Shown: in pieces, positions 39,650-48,881 of the stretch | Position numbering within the stretch: position 1 is the first letter of the stretch | Layout: the number at the start of each line of letters is the position of its first letter | NCBI GenBank assembly: GCA_036961445.1 | Contig: JBALVO010000001.1 | Span: 2,611 to 66,610, forward strand | DNA from: Halioglobus sp. | Lineage (GTDB): Bacteria > Pseudomonadota > Gammaproteobacteria > Pseudomonadales > Halieaceae | Direction of reading: 5' to 3' | Length of the DNA stretch: 64,000 nt | Made by a program: the position numbers and the translations under genes | The notes under the pieces: generated by a model | Told to the model about the DNA's origin: nothing | Database searches by the model: none | The model's input: only the letters and a program-made list of their open reading frames with translations

Positions 39650-40216
39650 TCAGGGTTGTACCGGCAGACTGCGTAACAGTTGTCCCGCGGCCCATTGCAG
39701 TCTCTGGTCACGCTCGGCCACCGGCATTTTGTCGGGGTCGGTGAATACTTCCAAAGCTCCACGCCACACGATATCGCGAGTGCCCATTGGTGCGATAGCT
39801 ACCAGTACTGTGCCGCGGCCGTATCCTTTGGCCGGCGCGGACAGGGATGGGTATAGGCGAAACACTCGCTCCAGTTCTTTCTGGTCCTGCAGTTGGCCCA
39901 GCAGTGCGACGGCCAGCACATCATAGGTCGCCGGTTCGCCCGTTGCGACAAAATGGTAGCCCTTTTGCTCAAATTCCTGCTGCAGTGCCCGCTGCAGCAC
40001 CTGAGCACGGCGCTTATAATTACCCTCAGGATCATCGACCCAATTTAGGTCGGAACGCCAGCGCAAGGTGGTTTCGGGAGTGACCACGAAGCCGGGCATG
40101 GTCACTGAGACGGCGCTGGCCTGGCGCAGGGGGTCCGGTTTTACACCCGGTGAAGTAGAGCTGCACGCCACCATGGACAGTGCCGCCAGTAGGGGGAGAA
40201 GGAGTCGATAGATCAC
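39650..40216 (-). CDS. lipoprotein (DUF4136-like)
   Basis: 188 aa. Lipobox LSMVAC. The central ...L..E...KGY... segment is shared with the neighbouring lipoprotein. Confidence 0.55.
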   Translation of the reverse strand: MIYRLLLPLLAALSMVACSSTSPGVKPDPLRQASAVSVTMPGFVVTPETTLRWRSDLNWVDDPEGNYKRRAQVLQRALQQEFEQKGYHFVATGEPATYDVLAVALLGQLQDQKELERVFRLYPSLSAPAKGYGRGTVLVAIAPMGTRDIVWRGALEVFTDPDKMPVAERDQRLQWAAGQLLRSLPVQP

Positions 40217-40228
40217 AGAGCTGTTACC

Positions 40229-40885
40229 TTATTTGCCAGAAATACGTGATAGTAACCGATTCGACCAGCTATCAAACAACATCCGTACATCCGCGGAGGC
40301 ACTTACCGTGCTGGTGAGTCTCCACATGCGGTTGCCGACTCGTCGATTGTCACGGATGACAGCCAGCAGCTCGTTGCTGGTCTGGTCATAGAGCTTGATC
40401 TCTATGGACGCTTCCCCGGAATCTTCGGAATACACCCTGGTGTAACCGGGCGCGGATTGCGCCTGCTGCGGATCGGAATTTGGGGCTATACGTGTTATCT
40501 GTGCATCGACACGCAAAACCTGCTCACCCTCTCCGGTCGAGCTGATATCGCGCTCGTCCGCAGCAGTGCTCATCGCCCGACTCCAGTCCTGGCTCAGCGC
40601 CTGCTGTCGCGCCGGTGTCAGCACCCAGTCCTGGCGCGTAAGTTTGGAGGCTGCCGGTTGTCGGATCTCCGCGTCGGACGAGACCAGGTCGCTTATAAGG
40701 ATAACCTTGTAGTGCTGCAGATCAGCACCGGGTCGGGCCCAGGCCTCCTTGAAGCCGCTGCTGGAAACCTCATTTAAACCGGCGAACTCAGAACTTGGCT
40801 TTTCTTCCAGTGTGGGAGTGCCGGTGCAGGCAGTGAGTATTATTGACAGGGAGATAAACCCCAGTGCTTGCTGTAACTGTCTCAT
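40229..40885 (-). CDS. lipoprotein (DUF3313-like)
   Basis: 218 aa. Lipobox IILTAC. 12 nt upstream of the next lipoprotein gene. Confidence 0.55.
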   Translation of the reverse strand: MRQLQQALGFISLSIILTACTGTPTLEEKPSSEFAGLNEVSSSGFKEAWARPGADLQHYKVILISDLVSSDAEIRQPAASKLTRQDWVLTPARQQALSQDWSRAMSTAADERDISSTGEGEQVLRVDAQITRIAPNSDPQQAQSAPGYTRVYSEDSGEASIEIKLYDQTSNELLAVIRDNRRVGNRMWRLTSTVSASADVRMLFDSWSNRLLSRISGK

Positions 40886-41033
40886 CTATAAGTCCTTTTA
40901 GCGCTGGATTACTCTTTTTATAGACCCCAGGGTCTCCAGGGGGTTGCACGGGCGCTTAAATTTAGCAGGTGATTTGGCTGTTGGGGGATGCTAGCATCAG
41001 TATCATAACTAAAAGTTATTTCTAGGGGGCTAA

Positions 41034-42053
41034 ATGATTTCCCGCAAGCTTATCCGTACCGATCTGAATCTGCTGGTGGCGCTGCAGATCCTGTTGGAGG
41101 AACGCAATGTAACCCGGGCAGCGGAGCGTTTGTCCGTATCACAACCTGCGCTGAGCAAAACCCTGCAAAAATTGCGCGACTCTTTTGAAGACGAACTTTT
41201 TACCCGCACCGCCCACGGCCTGATCCCCACGCCCCGGGCCGAGGAGTTGGGCCGCAAGTTACCGGCATTATTAGAAACGATGGACAGTGTTTTGGGTAGT
41301 GCTGAGTTTGATCCGGCCACGTTTGCCGGCAGCTTCAAACTGCTGCTACCGCCGATTCTTTGCGAGTCGCTGTTGCCCGGGCTGATGGCCGATTTGCACA
41401 ATATTGCCCCCAATGTCCAGGTTATAACGGCGGAAGTCACACCGGGCTACCAGGACCAGCTGAAAAAAGGCGAAGCTGACTTTGCTGTTTTTGTCGCTTT
41501 GGAGACAGAGCGAGATATCCTTGCCGAGCCCATCGCGGCCATTGCCCCGCGCTGCTATATGCGAGTCGAGCACCCCCTGGTAAAAAAGCAAGAGATAAAC
41601 CTGCAGGACTTTTTGGCCTATCCACACCTGCGGCTCTATTTACCCGGTTTGACGCGTGAAAATACCAGTATGGTCGATGATGTCCTGGGTCAGTATGGCG
41701 TGCACCGCAGCATCGCTCTGGAAACCACACAGTTTTCAGCAGCAGTCGGTGTATTAACCCGCACGGATTCGCTGTTGGTTGCCAACGCAGGTTTTCAGGA
41801 GGGGGGGCTTTATCGGGAGCGCATTGTCGGGTTGGAATTGCCGGCGGAATTGCAGCGCATGATTCACAATACACACAGCACAAATCGCGGCAAGATGTCG
41901 TTGATGCGCCATACCCGTACCTCCCGGAGTGCGCCCCATCAATGGATGCGAGCCCTGTTGATGAAGCACCTGACCGATTCGTCAGAAATCGTGCAGCCGC
42001 CACCAACCCCGGAGTCATTATTTCCTGACCGAGCTCCGATAGGCGCGGGGTGA
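41034..42053 (+). CDS. LysR family transcriptional regulator
   Basis: N-terminal wHTH (DLNLLVALQILLEERNVTRAAERLSVSQPALSKTLQKLRD) plus a substrate-binding domain. The 3' end overlaps the convergent AraC gene by 36 nt. Confidence 0.88.
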   Translation: MISRKLIRTDLNLLVALQILLEERNVTRAAERLSVSQPALSKTLQKLRDSFEDELFTRTAHGLIPTPRAEELGRKLPALLETMDSVLGSAEFDPATFAGSFKLLLPPILCESLLPGLMADLHNIAPNVQVITAEVTPGYQDQLKKGEADFAVFVALETERDILAEPIAAIAPRCYMRVEHPLVKKQEINLQDFLAYPHLRLYLPGLTRENTSMVDDVLGQYGVHRSIALETTQFSAAVGVLTRTDSLLVANAGFQEGGLYRERIVGLELPAELQRMIHNTHSTNRGKMSLMRHTRTSRSAPHQWMRALLMKHLTDSSEIVQPPPTPESLFPDRAPIGAG

Positions 42054-42902
42054 CATGCCAATGGTTTTGGTGAACAACCGCGAAAAGTAAAGCGGGTCAT
42101 CATAACCCAGAGCCGCAGCAACCCCCTTGACGCTTAGATTGCTGGTGTCCAGTAGATAACAGCCGTGTTCCATCTTCATATTGAGAAAATGCTTGATCGG
42201 GGAGTAACCGGTCAGTGCCTTGTATTTACTGGCGAAGTGGTATTTTGAAAGATTAGCCGCGGCGGCCAGCGTGTCCAGGTCCAGGGGCTGCCCGATATGT
42301 TCCAGCATGAAGCTCTGCAGGGCCTCCAGATTGAAGCCGTACTGGCTGTTCGCCTGCGCCCTGCGCATTTCCAGCGCAACCTGGGTGAACAGGTGGCGCA
42401 GTTGATTGGCCGCATTGATAAATGCCCGTGTACTGTAACCGGTGCGGTGTACCTCCATCAGTCCTCTGAAATGAGCAATCAACTGAGGCGAAACGCCGAC
42501 CTTGGTGACTGGGTGGCGATCCTCGCGATACCCCAGATACTGATTAAAAACCGCAGTGCTGCTGCCTTGAAAGTGTACCCAATAGATGGTCCACGGCTCA
42601 TCGGGGTCCGCTGCATAATGGTGTGACACGCCCTGCGGTAGTAAAAGAACCTCACCCGGGCCAATGGTACCGTGCCAGTTCGCGGTGCTGGCATGCCCCT
42701 TACCCTCTACGCAATAAATCAACAGGTTGTCATCATGCCGATTGCGTTGCATCAGGTGTGAGCTGGCTGCTGGATAGAACCCCAGGGCGGTGGGATAACA
42801 TTCCCGTGTAAGCGGGTGACGTGCGAGTTTGTTCAGCATGAAGGCGGGTGTCAGGAATCGGGTGCCGTTTTCCGGTAACGGCCAAGTGGACGGGGCACTC
42901 AT
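42018..42902 (-). CDS. AraC family transcriptional regulator (cupin + HTH)
   Basis: 294 aa. N-terminal cupin sensor and a C-terminal double HTH (LAAAANLSKYHFASKYKALTGYSP...GYDDPLYFSRLF). Divergent from the catabolic operon. Confidence 0.88.
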   Translation of the reverse strand: MSAPSTWPLPENGTRFLTPAFMLNKLARHPLTRECYPTALGFYPAASSHLMQRNRHDDNLLIYCVEGKGHASTANWHGTIGPGEVLLLPQGVSHHYAADPDEPWTIYWVHFQGSSTAVFNQYLGYREDRHPVTKVGVSPQLIAHFRGLMEVHRTGYSTRAFINAANQLRHLFTQVALEMRRAQANSQYGFNLEALQSFMLEHIGQPLDLDTLAAAANLSKYHFASKYKALTGYSPIKHFLNMKMEHGCYLLDTSNLSVKGVAAALGYDDPLYFSRLFTKTIGMSPRAYRSSVRK

Positions 42903-43092
42903 GCTTTAAAGTTCTCTCAGGTAATTTGTTAGTAATACCAATACAGCAATATAGTCCATAATTTGCGCAATTTCCTCTCTTGGAGTCCCCACTTTGGCAG
43001 GGTAAGCTAGCGCTCAGTTTTTGATCAGCCATTAGACTACGGTCTAGCTTGCAACAGGTGAGCACCAGCAATTGACACAGGAGTACAGGACA

Positions 43093-44502
43093 ATGGAAGA
43101 CAACCAGGAAATGAAGGCAGCGCAGGCAGACATAGCAGCCATGATGGAGCGTGCGCGCCTGGCGTGCGAACAAATAGCAGATTACACCCAGGAGCAGGTT
43201 GACCAGTTGATTACTGCGATGGTCTGGTCCGTGGCTCGCGAAGCAGTGTCTGAAAAGATTGCACGCTTCACAGTTGAGGAAACTCAGCTGGGCAACTACG
43301 AAGGCAAGTACCTGAAGATCCATCGCAAAACGCGGGCGACGCTGATGGATATCATTCATGACAAATCTGTCGGTGTGATTGAGGAAGACCTGGAGCGCAA
43401 TATCGTGAAGATCGCCAAGCCGGTTGGCGTGATTGGCGCTCTGTCGCCTTCTACCAATCCTGAGGCGACACCGGTGATCAAGGCTATTTCTGCCATTAAG
43501 GGTCGCAACGCCATCATCGTCGCGCCGCACCCCCGCGCCAAGCTGACTAACAAGCTGATTTGCGATTACATGCGAGAGGCCATTGTGGCCCTGGGCGGCC
43601 CGGCAGACCTGGTGCAAAGCATTGACGTACCGACCATGGAAAAGACTAACGAATTAATGCGTCAGTGTGACCGCATCCTGGCGACCGGCGGCGAAGCTAT
43701 GGTCAGCGCCGCTTATTCCTCAGGGACTCCAGCGCTGGGTGTCGGTGTGGGTAACGCCGTGATCACGGTAGATGACACGGCTGATTTGGATGATACTGCT
43801 GAGAAGATACGCATTTCCAAGACGCTGGATCTCGCGGCGTCGTGTTCATCGGACAACTCGGTTTTGGTATTTGAAGCGGTCTACGACGAGTTGTTGGACA
43901 AACTCATCCATGAGGGTGGCTATGTTGTCGAAGGTGACGAAAAGCAGAAGCTACAGGAAACTATCTGGCACGACGGTCATCTCAATACCAGTATCGTCGC
44001 GCAGCCTGCCGTGAGCATTGCGGGCCAGGCAGGTATTGATGTGCCCGAAGGCAAACAGTTTCTGATCGTACCGGAAACTGGCGCAGGCGCTGGCTATCCC
44101 TTTTCGGGGGAGAAGCTGTCAGTCACCATGGCGTTGTATAAAGTCAAAGATATTGAAGAAGCAATCGCACTGACTAACAAAATCCAGGCTTACCAGGGGC
44201 AGGGTCATAGTTGCGGCATCTATTCCAGCAACGATGACAACATCATGAAGTTGGCCAGCGGCACACGCACTTCACGGGTGATGGTGAACCAGCCGCAGGC
44301 GGCGTCCAACAGCGGTAACCTTTGGAACGGAATGCGTCAGACTTTCTCCCTGGGCTGTGGCTCATGGGGCGGCAACAGCATTAACCACAACATCACCTGG
44401 CGCGACCTGGTCAATGAAACCTGGGTTTCCAGGCCGTTGGCTACAACCAAGGTGATTCCCTCCGATGAGGAGTTGTTCGGGTCGGTAATGGGAAAATTCT
44501 AA
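43093..44502 (+). CDS. CoA-acylating aldehyde dehydrogenase (AdhE-N/EutE/PduP-type)
   Basis: SPSTNPEATP motif and a catalytic-Cys region LAASCSSDNS, both typical of acylating ALDHs. It lacks the classical ELGGK/EELFGP motifs. Start placed at the ATG at 43093 after AGGAG; the track starts at TTG 43072. Confidence 0.75.
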   Translation: MEDNQEMKAAQADIAAMMERARLACEQIADYTQEQVDQLITAMVWSVAREAVSEKIARFTVEETQLGNYEGKYLKIHRKTRATLMDIIHDKSVGVIEEDLERNIVKIAKPVGVIGALSPSTNPEATPVIKAISAIKGRNAIIVAPHPRAKLTNKLICDYMREAIVALGGPADLVQSIDVPTMEKTNELMRQCDRILATGGEAMVSAAYSSGTPALGVGVGNAVITVDDTADLDDTAEKIRISKTLDLAASCSSDNSVLVFEAVYDELLDKLIHEGGYVVEGDEKQKLQETIWHDGHLNTSIVAQPAVSIAGQAGIDVPEGKQFLIVPETGAGAGYPFSGEKLSVTMALYKVKDIEEAIALTNKIQAYQGQGHSCGIYSSNDDNIMKLASGTRTSRVMVNQPQAASNSGNLWNGMRQTFSLGCGSWGGNSINHNITWRDLVNETWVSRPLATTKVIPSDEELFGSVMGKF

Positions 44503-44558
44503 CGCAAAGCCTGCGCCAGGGTGAGTTCGCAATATAGCAATTTCCCGTTTGAGGAGTG

Positions 44559-45728
44559 ATGCAGTACATGGATTTTTCTCTCAGTGAGGATCAACAAGCG
44601 TTTGTGCAAAGCGCACGAGCCTTCGCCGAGGGCGCCCTGGCGCCCAATGCGGCAATGTGGGACGAGCAGGCAATATTTCCCAAGGACGTATTACAGCAGG
44701 CAGGTGAACTGGGCTTTATGGGTATGTATACCCCTGAGACGGCCGGTGGACTGGGTCTGGGCAGGCTGGATGCCAGTCTGATCGTTGAGGAGCTGTCCAA
44801 GGGTTGCACTGCAACTGCGGCTTTTCTCACCATCCACAATATGGCGACCAGTATGGTCGGGAAGTACTGCTGCGAGGCTGTAATCGAGCAGTGGTGTCCG
44901 GATTTGGTGATGGGCAGTAAGCTGGCCTCCTACTGCCTGACTGAGCCCGGTGCAGGGTCTGACGCGGCCTCGTTGCGCACTACCGCCGTGCGCGATGGGG
45001 ATGATTATCTGGTTAATGGCAGCAAGGTGTTTATTTCCGGCGCAGGGGAAACCGATGCGTTGGTGGTAATGCTGCGCACCGGTGGCGCAGGAGCCAAAGG
45101 CATATCCGCCGTGTTGGTTCCCGCTGATGCGCAGGGCGTTTCCTACGGCAAGAAAGAAGACAAGATGGGCTGGAATGCCCAGCCCACGCGTATGGTCACT
45201 TTCGACAATGTGCGCGTGCCTATGACCTATCGCCTGGGCGAGGAAGGGCAGGGTTTTGCCATCGCTATGGAAGGGCTGGACGGTGGCCGTATCAATATTG
45301 CCACTTGCAGTGTGGGCACCGCGCAACAGGCTTTGGAAGAGGCCACCGCCTATGTGCAGGAGCGCAAGCAGTTCGCAACGGCTATCGCCGACTTTCAGGC
45401 CACGCAATTCAAACTGGCAGACATGTTGACGGAGCTGGTTGCCGCCCGGCAAATGGTGCGACTGGCCGCTAGTAAACTGGACCTTAAAGACGCCCAGGCT
45501 TCGACCTACTGTGCCATGGCCAAACGCTTCGCCACAGACGTCGGTTTTAGCGTGTGTAACGACGCACTGCAGCTGTTTGGTGGCTACGGTTACATCAAGG
45601 AATATCCCATGGAAAGACATGTACGCGATACCCGCGTGCACCAGATCCTCGAAGGGACTAACGAAATTATGCGGGTAATCGTGGCTCGCAAAATGTTAAT
45701 GGACGGCGCACTGGAGGTAATAAAATGA
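44559..45728 (+). CDS. acyl-CoA dehydrogenase (isobutyryl-CoA dehydrogenase-like)
   Basis: ACAD motifs (CLTEPGAGSDAAS, catalytic-base region YPMERHVRDTRVHQILEGTNEI). Start ambiguous (44556, 44559 or 44568). Confidence 0.9.
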   Translation: MQYMDFSLSEDQQAFVQSARAFAEGALAPNAAMWDEQAIFPKDVLQQAGELGFMGMYTPETAGGLGLGRLDASLIVEELSKGCTATAAFLTIHNMATSMVGKYCCEAVIEQWCPDLVMGSKLASYCLTEPGAGSDAASLRTTAVRDGDDYLVNGSKVFISGAGETDALVVMLRTGGAGAKGISAVLVPADAQGVSYGKKEDKMGWNAQPTRMVTFDNVRVPMTYRLGEEGQGFAIAMEGLDGGRINIATCSVGTAQQALEEATAYVQERKQFATAIADFQATQFKLADMLTELVAARQMVRLAASKLDLKDAQASTYCAMAKRFATDVGFSVCNDALQLFGGYGYIKEYPMERHVRDTRVHQILEGTNEIMRVIVARKMLMDGALEVIK

Positions 45729-46513
45729 GCTTGAGTACATCAGATAAGGTCAAAGTCGAATTGCGGGGCCATACCGCCCTGGTCACTATTGACAATCCGG
45801 GGGCCAATACCTGGGATAGGGAGAGCCTGCCGGCCCTGCAGGGAGTGGTTGAAGCGCTCAATGACGACAAAAACATCTACGCGCTGGTACTTACCGGGGC
45901 GGGTGAGAAGTTCTTTTCCGCCGGTGCCGACCTGAACCTGTTCGCTGATGGCGATCCCCAGAGCGCCAGGACCATGGCCGACTATTTTGGTGAAGCCTTT
46001 GAGACCCTGGCGGACTTTCGTGGCGTGTCGATCGCTGCAGTCAATGGCTTTGCGATGGGCGGAGGCCTGGAGGTCGCTATGGCCTGTGACATCCGCATAG
46101 CCGAGGAGCAGGCCCAGATGGCGCTGCCCGAGGCCAAAGTGGGTCTGTTGCCTTGCGCTGGCGGCACCCAGCGCTTGTCCTGGCTGGTCGGAGAGGGCTG
46201 GGCCAAGCGTATGATTCTTTGCGGGGAGCGTATTACGGCTGCGACTGCCGAACGTATCGGTCTGGTTGAAGAAGTGGTAGCCAGGGGAGAGGCCTTGGAT
46301 AAAGCTTTGGCTCTGGCTGAGCAAGTAGGGCAACAGAGCCCGACCTCTGTCAATTTCTGCAAGCGTCTGCTGCATAGCGGACGTAATACAGTGATTGCGG
46401 CCGGCCTGGAAGGTGAGCGCGAACTGTTTGTAGACCTGTTCTCCACAGCAGACCAGCGCGAGGGCGTGAATGCGTTCCTTGAAAAGCGCAAACCCGAGTG
46501 GACGAATAGCTGA
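45725..46513 (+). CDS. enoyl-CoA hydratase (crotonase family)
   Basis: 262 aa. FSAGADL, NGFAMGGGLEVAMACDIR. ATGA overlap with the upstream gene. Confidence 0.9.
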   Translation: MSLSTSDKVKVELRGHTALVTIDNPGANTWDRESLPALQGVVEALNDDKNIYALVLTGAGEKFFSAGADLNLFADGDPQSARTMADYFGEAFETLADFRGVSIAAVNGFAMGGGLEVAMACDIRIAEEQAQMALPEAKVGLLPCAGGTQRLSWLVGEGWAKRMILCGERITAATAERIGLVEEVVARGEALDKALALAEQVGQQSPTSVNFCKRLLHSGRNTVIAAGLEGERELFVDLFSTADQREGVNAFLEKRKPEWTNS

Positions 46514-46524
46514 GGAAGCCGCTA

Positions 46525-47637
46525 ATGCCTGAAGCACCGATTTTATTTGAGGAGTTGCCAGCACGTGCCGGCAAGTTGGGCAGGGTGACCCTCAATGTCG
46601 CCAGTACCCTAAATTCATTAACGCTGGAGATGGTGGATCTGCTGCAGGCGAAGCTGGATTCCTGGCGCGAAGATGAGCACATCGCTGCGATCTTTATCGA
46701 TGGCGCGGGTGAGAAGGCATTTTGTGCCGGTGGTGATGTACAGGCATTGCATGAATCAGCGGTCGCGACCCCGGGCGGTCCCTGTGATTATGCCGAGAAT
46801 TTTTTCGCGCGTGAATACCGTATGAACTACGACCTGCATACCTATTCCAAGCCCATTATATGCTGGGGACACGGTATTGTGATGGGTGGTGGACTGGGTG
46901 TGATGGCTGGTTGTTCACATCGAGTCGTGACTGAGAAAACCCGTATTGCTATGCCTGAGGTGACGATTGCATTGTTCCCTGATGTTGGCGGGAGCTGGTT
47001 TCTCAATCATATGCCGGGCAAGTCGGGGCAATTCCTGGCCCTTACCGGTGCCTCCATCAACGCTGCCGACGCTATCTATACAGGGATTGCAGATCGTTTT
47101 ATTTCCAGTGAGCGCAAGCTGGATGTGATTGCGCAGTTGCTGCGACAGCAGTGGGGCCTCGATGCCGCGCTTAACCATGCCCTGGTCCGGCACACACTGC
47201 GTCCCTTTGCCGAACAGAGTATCGGGCAGTGCCCGGGTGGTCAGGTGGAGCCACATCTGGGTTCCATTAATACCCTGTGCGATGGTGATGACATCCACGA
47301 GATCGTGGACAATATTATTTCCCAGCAAACCCAGGACCCTTGGTTGTCCAGGGCTCGGGACAGCCTGGCGCAGGGCTCGCCATTGGCGGCCCTGTGGATA
47401 TTCCGGCAATTACTTGAAACACGACACGCGTCCCTGAAAGAAGTCTTCCAGTTTGAAATTCAGCTAGTGACCAATATTGTGCGCCACCCGGAATTTGCCG
47501 AGGGTGTGCGCGCCCTGCTTATCGATAAAGATCGCAGTCCTGCATGGCAATATAGGGCTTCCCGGGATATTCCGGCAGCGGTTCTAGACGCATTTTTTGA
47601 AGCGCCGTGGGATATTAATCCTCTGGCTGATCTGTAA
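46525..47637 (+). CDS. 3-hydroxyisobutyryl-CoA hydrolase (crotonase family, long form)
   Basis: 370 aa. AFCAGGDV, WGHGIVMGGGLGVMAGCSHRVVTEKTRIAMPEVTIALFPDVGGSWFL, typical of HIBCH. Confidence 0.85.
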   Translation: MPEAPILFEELPARAGKLGRVTLNVASTLNSLTLEMVDLLQAKLDSWREDEHIAAIFIDGAGEKAFCAGGDVQALHESAVATPGGPCDYAENFFAREYRMNYDLHTYSKPIICWGHGIVMGGGLGVMAGCSHRVVTEKTRIAMPEVTIALFPDVGGSWFLNHMPGKSGQFLALTGASINAADAIYTGIADRFISSERKLDVIAQLLRQQWGLDAALNHALVRHTLRPFAEQSIGQCPGGQVEPHLGSINTLCDGDDIHEIVDNIISQQTQDPWLSRARDSLAQGSPLAALWIFRQLLETRHASLKEVFQFEIQLVTNIVRHPEFAEGVRALLIDKDRSPAWQYRASRDIPAAVLDAFFEAPWDINPLADL

Positions 47638-47657
47638 ATTTTTTGGGGAATTACGTT

Positions 47658-48545
47658 ATGGCTAATGTCGCATTTATTGGTCTGGGCAACATGGGCGGAC
47701 CCATGGCTATCAACCTGGTGAAGGCCGGGCACAATGTTACGGTGTTTGATTTGTCCCCGGCCGCCCTGGATCAATTGCGCGAAGCCGGTGCATCGGTAGC
47801 TACTACAGCCGCTGAAGCAGCGCAGGACGTGGACTATGTTATCTCGATGCTGCCGGCGGGTAAGCATGTCGCCGGGACCTACCTTGGTGACGGGGGCCTT
47901 CTGGCGCAATTAGATAGTAGTACTACCGTGTTGGATTGCAGCACCATCGATGCCGCCACTGCCAGAGCGGTAGGTGAAGCCGCTGCTGCAATGGGCATAG
48001 GTTTTATGGATGCCCCCGTTTCGGGTGGAGTGGCTGCCGCCGCCGCGGCAACGCTGGCCTTTATGTGTGGTGGTGATGTCACCACCTTTGCCAAAGCAAA
48101 ACTTATCCTTAAGGATATGGGCAAGAATATTTTTCACGCGGGGCCCGCCGGCGCCGGCCAGGTAGCCAAGGGTTGTAACAATATGCTGTTGGCCATTCAT
48201 ATGATAGGCAGCTGCGAGGCTCTGGAAATGGGCGCGCGCAATGGTCTTGACCCCAAAGTGCTATCGGAAATCATGCTGGCCAGTTCCGGCCGCAACTGGT
48301 CGTTGGAAGTGTATAACCCCTACCCGGGGGTGATGGAGACAGCGCCGGCGAGCAACGACTACAAGCCGGGGTTTATGGTAGACCTGATGCTGAAAGATTT
48401 GGGCCTGGCGCTGGAGATTGCTGAGCAATGTGATTTTGACAATCCCATGGGGCAGTTAGCCAAGGCGCTCTATAGCCAGCATCGCGATGCCGGCAATGGG
48501 CAACGGGATTTTTCCAGTATTCTGGAAAAATTGCAGGCGCAATAA
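47658..48545 (+). CDS. mmsB: 3-hydroxyisobutyrate dehydrogenase
   Basis: VAFIGLGNMGGPMA NAD fold. DAPVSGG. HIBADH-family C-terminus. Start at the ATG at 47658. Confidence 0.9.
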   Translation: MANVAFIGLGNMGGPMAINLVKAGHNVTVFDLSPAALDQLREAGASVATTAAEAAQDVDYVISMLPAGKHVAGTYLGDGGLLAQLDSSTTVLDCSTIDAATARAVGEAAAAMGIGFMDAPVSGGVAAAAAATLAFMCGGDVTTFAKAKLILKDMGKNIFHAGPAGAGQVAKGCNNMLLAIHMIGSCEALEMGARNGLDPKVLSEIMLASSGRNWSLEVYNPYPGVMETAPASNDYKPGFMVDLMLKDLGLALEIAEQCDFDNPMGQLAKALYSQHRDAGNGQRDFSSILEKLQAQ

Positions 48546-48553
48546 ACGAGGGC

Positions 48554-48748
48554 CTAGGGGTTGTTCTCATCCAGTTTTTTCAATTGCAGGTCCGCTGCGT
48601 CCTGCAAGGATTGTTCAACACCCTCAGCTTTCTCCATCGACTTCTGATACTCCTGTGGAATGATGCCGTCGCCCTCGCTGCCGCCTGAGGCACGAAACAA
48701 CACCCACATGATTGCGCCCAGCGCGAGTACCATACCCAGTAATCTCAT
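48554..48748 (-). CDS. small membrane protein (hypothetical)
   Basis: 64 aa. One TM segment (LLGMVLALGAIMWVLF) and an acidic tail. The ATG at 48748 is preceded by a strong GAGGAGG. Confidence 0.5.
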   Translation of the reverse strand: MRLLGMVLALGAIMWVLFRASGGSEGDGIIPQEYQKSMEKAEGVEQSLQDAADLQLKKLDENNP

Positions 48749-48881
48749 AGCAAATACCTCCTCGTATTGACTGTAGCATAGCTGCTCAATAGGGCTGGTC
48801 AAACTGGCCTTTTACGACATGGCCAGTGCCGGGGGCAAGCAGTAGGCTGATGGCTCTTGCCCTGTAATCCGGAATGAGGCT

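Noticed and set aside
42733-43617. 294-aa minus-strand ORF spanning the araC 5' end, the divergent promoter region and the 5' part of the acylating ALDH gene.
   Set aside because: It would cross an intergenic regulatory region and overlap two well-supported genes. Its composition is Cys/His/Arg-rich.
44691-45641. 316-aa ORF antisense to the acyl-CoA dehydrogenase gene.
   Set aside because: This is a shadow ORF typical of GC-rich third positions. Its composition is His/Gly/Arg/Gln-biased with no motifs, and the sense-strand gene has clear ACAD signatures.
45740-46564. 274-aa ORF antisense to the enoyl-CoA hydratase gene (also 45982..46491).
   Set aside because: Same reasoning. The crotonase motifs are on the plus strand and the antisense product is low-complexity.
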